From positions 1,889,162-1,909,161 of the forward strand of contig MU004191.1 of assembly GCA_010093605.1 (NCBI GenBank): a stretch of 20,000 bases of DNA, given 5' to 3'. Below the pieces are notes generated by a model. The model was given only the letters and a program-made list of their open reading frames with translations. It was not told where the DNA came from and did no database searches. This document shows, one piece after another, positions 11,856-20,000 of this stretch. The stretch is from Lophium mytilinum. Lineage: Eukaryota. Position 1 is the first letter of the stretch, and each line of letters starts with the position of its first letter. Both the position numbers and the translations under genes were made by a program.

Positions 11856-12006
11856 TATTAATATAGGCCGGAGCGTAACCCTTTATATTAAGTCCCCGCT
11901 GTTTTTAGTAATATAGACAGCAATAACTCTTTTAGTAGGCTAAATAGTAATAACTCTAAAGGTAAAAAGTATAAGAATAATACTTTATTCCTTGCAAAGT
12001 ATATAG

Positions 12007-12101
12007 GTAAGAATTTATTCTAGGGCCTTTTTAGAAAGCCTTTCTACTAGGGCCCTTTAGCATCGCCTATTATACTGCTTAAGTGCTAACTATTATAATA
12101 G
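12007..12101 (+). other. Predicted intron containing palindrome copy 12 (12022-12056)
   Basis: gtaaga donor; agggcctttttagaaag-c-ctttctactagggccct; branch gctaac at 12085; tag acceptor at 12101. Confidence 0.8.
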
Positions 12102-12914
12102 CTTCTACTTCCGCCCATTAACCTACTTTAACTCTACCTTCTAGCCCTCTTAGTACCTTTAATAGACGCCTTATTAGGACCTCTTCTATAGACTCTATTC
12201 TATTACCTAATATATAGAAGAAGAGGTAGCGTAGAGTTTCTACTATCTCCTTATAGAATTCTATAGATAATCTAGTTTTTTATTTACTACTAAAAGCTAA
12301 CATTAATATAGATAATAACTAGACTAAGAGTAATAAGTAGAATAAGAAGAATATTAAAACCCCCGACGTTAATATAGAGAACGTCCCGTCTAAGACTAAT
12401 AAGTAAAATGGGGGGTATCTTAATAATTACCCGGATTTTACTACTACGCTATCTAAAGTTGCCTTTAAGCGTAATAGCAACTACAGTAGTAACTTAAATA
12501 ACCCGCCGGAATTTATAGAAGAGGCCTTGTAGCTAACCTTAAAAACTATATCCTCTAGTAATACTAATAAGGGTTAGAAGCGCTAAGGCGCAAAAAAGAA
12601 GCCTACTATAAAGAAGGATAAAGTAGCTAAGAAAGACCCTATATCTAAATTCCTTATATATTGTCCGTACAAGTATATAATAAAGAAAGAGATTACTAAG
12701 TAGCGCCCTTAGCGCGAAAGAAAGGCTACTAAGAAGAAAGCTACTGCGTAGAAGTCTATAAACTCTACTAGACTAAAAATAGACCTACGCAGGCGGAAGA
12801 ATAATCCTAATATTAGCTAACCGCCCGCGGTATTAGGTATAGATACTAACCCTAATAGTAAAGAGAATAGTAGTAAATTAGAGGGGACTAGTATAGTGCT
12901 GGAGAAGTCTAATA

Positions 12915-13027
12915 GTAAGGTATAACTAGTAGGGTTTTTATAGAAAGGCTTTCTATAGGGGCCCTTACCCTACTTTTTAAATTTAGTTTAGTATCTCTTA
13001 ATATCTTTTTTTTTTTCTTTCTAACAG
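12915..13027 (+). other. Possible intron or 3' region containing palindrome copy 13 (12931-12965)
   Basis: gtaagg at 12915; agggtttttatagaaag-g-ctttctataggggccct; T-tract followed by ctaacag ending at 13027. Confidence 0.6.
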
Positions 13028-13329
13028 TTCTAATTAGGACTACTTTTCTTGCTATTAGTTTGCACCTACTTACTTAGTACTGCTAACTTTTTACTATCCT
13101 AATTTCTTACTTACGTTCTATCCTCTACCCCCTAATAGTTAGTACTACTCCGCAGTAGTAGTATACTTTATACCCTTAAAATCTCCTAGTTTATATTTAG
13201 CCTCTAGATAGCGGCTTACTTAACTATAGAATATAGCGTAATATTTACTACTATAACTATGCCTTGCGTATCTTATGCATAATATAATATTTATTTTATT
13301 TATCTATATTATAGAGGGCGGTCTCATCC

Positions 13330-14640
13330 ACCGTAGTTTATGTAGTTAGAAAGGGTAATTACATTCTAATGCTGCTCTATTATATCTATACTATTAGCAT
13401 GTACTTTCTATCTTTTTTATAGTAAAGAATCTGCTATTATATACCCTGTAATTTAACCCTTTTTACTAATATTAGTTATATAGCTAGGCTAAGTTCTCTC
13501 TATAGACTCTATCTATTAATACACTATATATAACTTTATTCTACCTATAGTTCCCTAAAGCGTATATTATTATATAATGCCTAAACTAACTAGAAGAAGA
13601 ATTATTTATATATATTATTATTAAGTCTTTAGCGTACTAGGCGGCGGAAGGTAATTTAGGTATTACAGTTATACTTTCTAGTTTATTAGCAATATATTTA
13701 GACCTGCTTATTATTAGTAAGAATAGTAATTCTTAAAGGGTTATAGTCTTACCGTTTATTACTTTTAATATAACTTTCCTTCTTCTTATAGTTATAAATA
13801 GTCTCTATATTATAAATAGAACTGCTCTTTTATTCTAGTATTTTCCTTTACTTCTATTCTTATAGCCATCTTAATAAGCGCTTTAGCCGTATAAGCTTCC
13901 TTCTTATAATAGAATCTAGAGTAGTATTTATAACCTCGCGCCTAGATAGAGTATTAGGCGTAGTAAGAGAAGAAGCTAACTACTCTATTAGGATATATAT
14001 ATTGGGTAGACGTAGATATATCTACCCCTGCTAAATATTATCCTTAGCGTTTAGAGTTACTATGCTGCTGCGCGTTAACCTTAGTATACCGGGCTATATT
14101 TTATATACTTTAGCCTAGTTTAGAGTTGCAGCCGTCTCTATATTAGGTTAGGCCGCTTCTTATCTTATAAATATCCACCAGAACGCTCTAGAAAGAATAT
14201 ATATAGTATACTAATTAAAACTTACATATAGTATTATACGTAGGCTGCTACTATACTATAAGGGGTAGGTAGTAGTTAGAAAAAGGTTTAATGCGCTAGT
14301 TTCTATTAATCTTAGTATATTACGTGCTAACCTCTTATATTATATCTATACTTATAATTAACCTTTAGAGGTTAACTTTATATACTATATATAAATAGCA
14401 GCTCTAAGAGTTTTATTTTATTACTATACTATACGTATATTTTATCTTAGGCGGAACTAGTAGGTTCCTATAATATATAGTTTATATAACTATACCCTGC
14501 GTTGCTTTAGCGCCCGCCTAATTTACTCTTCCTCTCTTTTCTTACTTTTTTAGCTTATTTCTCTCTACACTATAGCTGCAGGTAAACTAACAGCTAGAAC
14601 TAGCATAGGAGAGACTTTTAATTATATTTAAGGCACTTTA
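13330..14640 (-). pseudogene. Possible RIP'd minus-strand gene, unknown product; boundaries approximate
   Basis: The reverse complement of ~14545-14225 gives a plausible de-RIP frame (~EEREEEQIRRALEQRRVRLHELH...) followed by a gtaagt donor-like site. No domain was recognised. Confidence 0.3.
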
Positions 14641-14889
14641 GAGAAATAGTTTAACGGTATATAAAGTTTTAAAGCTAGTAGGCTATGGGAATACCTATAT
14701 AACTAACTTAGAAGAGTAGTATACTAAGAATAGCACCGCCATAATAGGTATACTAATAGGCTCGGGTACTATTACTTAGAACCCTCTTCTTAACCCTAAT
14801 ATACCTAGTAATACTACAGATCTTACCGCATAAAATGCTAGAGAGGAGTTCTTATTATTTATTTCTAAAATAACTTCTAAGCTAGCTAA

Positions 14890-15367
14890 TATAGACTAAC
14901 CCTATACAACTAAACCGCTTACCGCGGAGGATACTACTAACCCTACCTACATTTATGCCTAGAGAGAAGCACTTCTTGCAACTATCTAGAATTAAAATAG
15001 AGGTTCCCTTTTTAGTAATAGCCTAGGCATGCCTACTAATACTACTCTTAATATATAGCCTACTATAACTAAGTCTTAAACTCTCTATAACTATGCTAAC
15101 CCTCTATTCTAAGCTACTAGAGATAGCGCCCTACCTTCTAAGTCTAATATTAATATTAAGCCTAAACTAGCTAATAAAGTTAATATAAAGATTAAGCCTA
15201 GTATTAAGATTAAGCCCGGCCTTATAAGCAGCCTGGATACTATAACTTTTTTAAGGATAATTTTAAGGATAAGAAGCTTCTACGCTTATAGATTAATATA
15301 GAAGAGAAGAAGGTAAGGGCTATATAAATAAGGTTTAAGGCTATAGCTAGAGAGCGGAAGCGGTAGG
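14890..15367 (+). pseudogene. RIP'd low-complexity ORF fragment with (V/I)KIEP-like repeats and an acidic/coiled-coil segment
   Basis: aagattaagcctagtattaagattaagcccggc (KIEPGIKIEPG after de-RIP), then ~FEDDFEDEELLRLRIDAEEKKARAM in a shifted frame. Confidence 0.4.
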
Positions 15368-15562
15368 GCCTAATCTACTTCTAAATTTAAACCTTAAATA
15401 GAAGTAGTAGCGCTTTAACCTATTTCTATCTCTACGCGCTCATTAGTAAACACCTAACTCTTTATTTAGCGCTGCTAGGCCCTTACTATTCCCTAACCTA
15501 TCTTCTCCTTTAATAGTAACGCGTCCCTACTTTTCTAGAACTATACTCTAGCCCTCTACGCT
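15368..15562 (+). pseudogene. Truncated paralogous fragment of the dsRBD gene (first half of dsRBD1); second copy at 17653-17847
   Basis: Aligns to 16488-16650 but carries an extra in-frame 36 nt after gcctaatctact. Confidence 0.85.
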
Positions 15563-15801
15563 ATCTATATGGAAATCGTCTAATAGGCTTTACTCTTTTA
15601 CTTTACCTTACTTTTATTTCCTTCTTTAATAGCTTTATCTCTACTCTTCTACTATTAGTCTTATCTTTTTCTACTATAGCGGAGCCTCTAGACCTAACCC
15701 CTAGTAATAGTACTAGTTTACCCTTTACTACTATAGTAAAACCTAAAGATTTATCTTCTATTACTACTACTACCGCGTTGCTAACTTGCAAGCTCTAAAA
15801 T

Positions 15802-15894
15802 TATAGATATTGCAGGAAGAAAGCTACTCTAAGGTATAGTTACTATGCTAGCATTATCTACTACAATATAGATTATTAAAAGGCTAACTAGAAA
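15802..15894 (+). pseudogene. RIP'd MYND-type zinc finger fragment; second copy at 18087-18179
   Basis: De-RIP reading CGYCRKKATLRCxxCASIVYCNADCQKADWK. Copy 1 retains tgc at Cys2 and copy 2 retains tgc at Cys4. The final HxxxC is not seen. Confidence 0.75.
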
Positions 15895-16289
15895 TTATCT
15901 AATACACCGCCTTCTTACATAAAGGTTATTACACCATAATAAGACTTCTATACTTTAGCTTAAATTTACTAATAGATAGTAAAGAGCGTAAAGTTTAGTA
16001 GATTATCTAAGGGGTAGAAATTAAAATAGGCTCTAGCTCTATTATATAACTATAAGCTATAATATACTTTACCTCTTATAAACTTAGCCCGCTATATATA
16101 AATATAGAGTCTCTCCTGCCTAAGCGCTAAAGAATAACTTCTAGTAGAGTAGCTGCAGCTACCCTAGCTTATATAGATTAAACTAGCACTCTACCTTAGC
16201 CTTCTTAGGCTAGCCTTTAACCTTATATATATACTAGCATAGGTAGTAATAATTATTCTTATTCTTCCTTTATACTAAGCTTAATTACT

Positions 16290-17458
16290 ACGCCGCTTTC
16301 TAGCTTTAAGAAGAAAAGAAAGATAGAGGTTGTAGCTCCTCTTAGTAGTTAGAACTCTACCCTACTATTAATAGATTAGATATATAGAGGCTCTATTCTA
16401 GGTACCCTAAGCATGCTATAAAACCTTCTTAGTATTAATAAGTTTAAGAAGTAGTATAAAGCCGCCGTTACCGCCGCTAGAGCCTAAGCCTAATCTACTC
16501 TCTAACCTATTCCTATCTCTATATGCTTATTAGTAAATACCTAGCTCTTTATCTAGCGCTGCTAGGCCCTTACTATCCCCTAACCTATCTTCTTATTTAA
16601 TAGCAACACCTTTCTACTCTTCTAGAACTATACTCTAACCCTCTATACTGCCGGCTTTCCCTACTCTCTTACTACTACTAGCCCCTTTACCTTTAAGAAA
16701 GAAGCTAAAGAAGCCGCCTCTACTCTTAGCCTTACCCTCCTCTTCTCTCTTAAAGCCTTAGGTATAGTCTCTACCCCTAGTAAAACTAAAAAATGTACTC
16801 TAACTCTAACTTTTACTACTACTACCCCTAAGAAACCCTAGAAAAACTTTACTAGTATTCTTATAGAATTCTACTAAGCCTCTAAAATTTCTATTCTAAC
16901 CTTTACTAAGTTTAAAACCGGCACCTACTTCTCTACTAAGCTATCGCTAGCCTTATACCGCCCGGAGGACGCCCTCTTTAGTAGCCGCGCTATACTCTAC
17001 CTATTAAAGAAAGCGGCTTATATAGCTATAGTAAGAGAGGTAGTACTCTAGCTATATATAGGGATAGCTACCCGCTATATATAAGCCCGTGTTTAGAAAG
17101 AAGTAGTAGAAGATAGTAGAGGGTTCTAAAAACGCTGCAGTGTAGCTGCCGGGTAGTATAGTAGCGCAGGTGCTAGCACTAGCAAGCAAGCTAGGGCTAC
17201 TATAGCTGGAGTATTAGTAGGCGGCGCTAAGTACGCTAGTGCCGGGGCTATCTATAGTAAGTAGTTTATTCCCGGGGAGTAGAGTAGGTAGAGAGAATAG
17301 AGTAGTAGCAACGGCAAGGTATATAGTTAGAAAGAAGGCGGTAAGGAAAAAGTATGCGCAGTTAATAGGAATAGAGTTAGAAGAAGTATTAGAGAGGAGG
17401 AAGGGGGTGTTAGAAAAGGTATTAGAGAAGGGGAAAAGAGAGGTAGAGATAAGGGAGG
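16290..17458 (+). pseudogene. RIP'd gene for a protein with three double-stranded RNA-binding domains (copy 1); start approximate
   Basis: dsRBD1: TRSSVNTQLFIQRCQALAIPQPVFSF...GPFASKKEAKEAASALGL (~16520-16735). dsRBD2: ENFTGILMEFCQ...PTF...FGGR...SKKAA..A.AREAVLWL (~16840-17055). dsRBD3 after a +1 frame change: AQVLALASKLGL.QPEY...ATARHVVGKKAAREECAQL (~17160-17400). Confidence 0.85.
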
Positions 17459-17468
17459 NNNNNNNNNN
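17459..17468. other. Assembly gap (10 N) exactly at the duplication junction
   Basis: Run of N. Confidence 1.
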
Positions 17469-19743
17469 TATAAAGATTAAGCCTAGTATTAAGATTAAGC
17501 CCGGCCTTATAAGTAGCCTAGATACTATAAGTTTTTTAAGAATAATTCTAAGAATAAGAAGCTTCTGCGCTTGCGGATTAATATAGAAGAGAAGAAGGCA
17601 AGAGCTATATAAATAAGGTTTAAGGCTATAGCTAGAGAGTAGAAGTAGTAGGGCCTAATCTACTTTTAAATTTAAACCTTAGATAGGAGTAGTAGCGCTC
17701 TAATCTATCCCTATCTCTACGCGCTTATTAGCAAATACCTAACTCTTTATCTAGCGCTACTAGGCCCTCGCTATCTCCTAACCTATTTTCTTCTTTAATA
17801 GCAACGCGTTTCTACTCTTCTAGAACTATACTCTAGCTCTCTACGCCGCCTATGCAGAAATTATCTAATAGGCTTTACTCTTTTACTTTACCTTACTCTT
17901 ATTTTCTTCTTTAATAGCTTTATCTCTACTCTTCTACTATTAGTCTTATCTTCTTCTACTATAGTAGAGCCTCTAGACTTAACTTCTAGTAATAGTACTA
18001 GTTTACCCTTTACTACTATAGTAAAATCTAAAGATTTATCTTCTATTACTACTACTACTGCGTTACTAACTTATAAGCCCTAAAATTATAGATATTATAG
18101 AAAGAAAGCTACTCTAAGATATAGTTACTGCGCCAGCATTATCTACTATAATGCGGATTATTAAAAGGCTAACTAGAAATTATTTAATACGCCGCCTTCT
18201 TACATAAAGGTTATTGCACTATAATAAGACTTCTATACTTTAGCTTAAATTTACTAATAGATAGCGAAGAGTGTAAAGTTTAGCAGATTATCTAAGGGGT
18301 AGAAATTAAAACGGGCTCTAGCTCTATTATGTAACTATAAGCTATAATATACTTTACCTCTTATAAACTTAGCCCGCTACGCATAAATATAGAGTTTCTT
18401 CTATCTAAGCACTAAAGAATAACTTCTAGTAGAGTAGCTGCAGCTACCCTAGCTTATATAGATTAAACTAGCACCCTACCTTAGCCTTTTTAGGCTAGCC
18501 TTTAACCTTATATATATACTAGCGTAGGCAGTAATAATTATTCTTATTCTTTCTTTATACTAAGCTTAATTACTATACTACTTTCTAGCTTTAAGAAGAA
18601 AAGAAAGATAAAGGTTGCAGCTCCTCTTAGCAGTTAGAACTCTACCCCGCTATTAATAGATTAGACACGTAGAGGCTCTATTCTAGGTGCCCTAAGCGTG
18701 CTATAAAACCTTCTTAGTATTAATAAGTTTAAGAAGTAGTATAAAGCTACTATTACCGCCGCTAGAGCCTAAGCCTAATCTACTCTCTAACCTATTTCTA
18801 TCTCTATACACTTATTAGTAAATACCTAGCTCTTTATCTAGCGCTGCTAGGCCCTTACTATCCTCTAACCTATCTTCTTATTTAATGGCAATACCTCCCT
18901 ACCCTTTTAAAACTGCACTCTAACTCTCTACGCCGCTAGCTTTCTCTACTTTCTTACTACTACTAGCCCCTTTACCTCTAAGAAAGAAGCTAAAGAAGCC
19001 GCCTCTACTTTTAGCCTTACCCTTCTCTCCTCTCTTAAAGCCTTAGGTATAGTCTCCACCCCTAGTAAAACTAAAAAATATACTCTAACCCTAACTTCTA
19101 CTACTACTACCTCTAAGAAACCCTAGAAAAACTTTACTAGTATTCTTATAGAATTCTACTAAGCCTCTAAAATTTCTATTCTAACCTTTACTAAGTTTAA
19201 AGCTAGCACCTACTTCTCTACTAAGCTATTACTAGCCTTACACCGCCTAGAGGACGCCCTCTTTAGCGGCCGCGCTATACTCTACCTATTAAAGAAAGCG
19301 GCTTATATAGCTATAGTAAGGAAGATAGTACTCTAGCTATATATAGAGATAGCTACCTACTATATATAAGCCCGCGTCTATAAAGAAGTAGTAGAAAATA
19401 GTAGAGAGTTCTAAGAATACTATAGTATAGCTACTAGGCAGTATAGCAGCGCAGGTGCTAGCGCTAGCAAGCAAGCTAGGGCTACTGCAGCTAGAGTATT
19501 AGTAGGCGGCGCTAAGTGCGCTAGCGCCGGGGCTATCTATAGTAAGTAGTTTATTCCCGGGGAGTAGAGTAGGTAGAGAGAATAGGGTAGTAGTAGCAGT
19601 AAGATATATAGTTAGAAAGAAGGCGGTAAGAAAGAAGTATGCGCAGTTAATAGTAATAGAGTTAAAAGAAGTATTAGAGAGAAGAAAGGGGGTGTTAGAA
19701 AAGGTATTAGAGAAAGAAAAAAGGGAGGTAGAAATAAGAGAGG
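17469..19743 (+). repeat. Copy 2 of 2,275-bp direct duplication
   Basis: Colinear with 15184-17458. Confidence 0.97.
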
Positions 19744-19768
19744 GAAATAAGAACTATTATTCTTATTA
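18575..19768 (+). pseudogene. RIP'd triple-dsRBD gene (copy 2); ends approximate
   Basis: Same motifs as copy 1, e.g. tctaagaaagaagctaaagaagccgcc (SKKEAKEAA) at ~18977, with an independent set of RIP mutations. Confidence 0.85.
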
Positions 19769-19886
19769 GGAGTATAGAGAGATATATAATAGAAACTTAT
19801 TTATACTTACTTAATTTAGGTTATAGTAGGGGAAGTATATTAAAAGTATAGTAAGTAGAAAGTATAATTACTTCCGTAGTAATATA

Positions 19887-19921
19887 AGAGTTACTATAGA
19901 AAGGCTTTCTATAAAGGCTCT
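19887..19921. repeat. 35-bp palindrome copy 14
   Basis: agagttactatagaaag-g-ctttctataaaggctct. Confidence 0.85.
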
Positions 19922-19979
19922 ATAAAAAATATTAGTATAATATATATATATAAAAAAGATATATAAATTTATAATAAAA

Positions 19980-20000
19980 AGGATCCCTATAGAAAGCCTT
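19980..20000. repeat. Palindrome copy 15 (cut by window end)
   Basis: aggatccctatagaaag-c-ctt. Confidence 0.75.

Larger units (their letters stand above)
7039..12914 (+). pseudogene. RIP'd multi-exon SNF2-family (SF2) helicase/ATPase gene with long N- and C-terminal extensions; outer boundaries uncertain and the 3' part could be a separate gene
   Basis: De-RIP motifs appear in order: motif I GGALIADEVGIGKTF (9166-9210), motif II FVDECQLIK (D at 9742), motif III SGTP (9826-9837), RIGGLLPRLVTRVI (~10250-10290), PKV...EKVIIWT (from 10712), motif V GAGLNLQ (10955-10975) and motif VI QAMARFHRIGQ (11033-11065). The frame change between the ATPase lobes is exactly explained by the 94-nt intron at 10053-10146. 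Confidence 0.9.
15184..17458 (+). repeat. Copy 1 of 2,275-bp direct duplication
   Basis: Colinear with 17469-19743 at a constant offset of 2285; the differences seen are C/T and G/A transitions. Confidence 0.97.
1..20000. mobile_element. RIP-degenerated large multi-gene fungal repeat or putative giant mobile element (termini not seen in window)
   Basis: Strong TpA excess and CpA/TpG depletion run across the whole window. Stops (TAA/TAG) fall where CAA/CAG/TGG/CGA codons are expected in conserved motifs. RIP acts on duplicated DNA, so the multi-gene block was repeated. The same palindrome family recurs from 1085 to 20000. Confidence 0.75.

Noticed and set aside
6534..12965. Palindromic repeats as a CRISPR array or bacterial REP/terminators
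   Set aside because: Spacing is irregular (about 0.1-1.5 kb), no cas genes are present, and the context is eukaryotic with spliceosomal introns and RIP.
15603..15791. 62-aa minus-strand ORF
   Set aside because: It is antisense to the S/T/P-rich frame leading into the MYND finger and has no independent support.
17239..17586. 115-aa plus-strand ORF as a stand-alone gene
   Set aside because: It is a chimera of the RIP'd dsRBD3 end and the KIEP fragment joined across the N gap.
1..20000. Organelle or AT-rich phage DNA with an alternative genetic code (frequent TAG/TAA)
   Set aside because: Stops map to Q, W and R codons alike and differ between the duplicated copies by transitions, which indicates RIP rather than codon reassignment.

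Overview
This window is AT-rich fungal (Pezizomycotina-type) repeat DNA heavily mutated by repeat-induced point mutation (RIP): TpA is everywhere, CpA/TpG are nearly absent, and no long ORF survives. Reversing RIP by eye (C>T and G>A only) recovers a multi-gene relic, most likely part of one large mobile element. On the + strand it holds (A) a low-complexity gene with codon-phased tandem repeats, (B) a ~1,000-codon single-frame gene of unknown function, and (C) a multi-exon SNF2-family helicase gene. A cargo-like block follows, with a MYND zinc finger fragment and a three-domain dsRNA-binding (dsRBD) gene. That block appears twice across a 10-N gap, probably as two different RIP'd copies. The main unexplained signal is a 35-bp interrupted palindrome, AGGGCCCTAGTAGAAAG-(G/C)-CTTTCTACTAGGGCCCT, found 15 times: in introns, between genes, and in-frame inside helicase exons. 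No element termini and no recognisable transposase or integrase were seen. All protein calls are manual de-RIP readings, not database hits.
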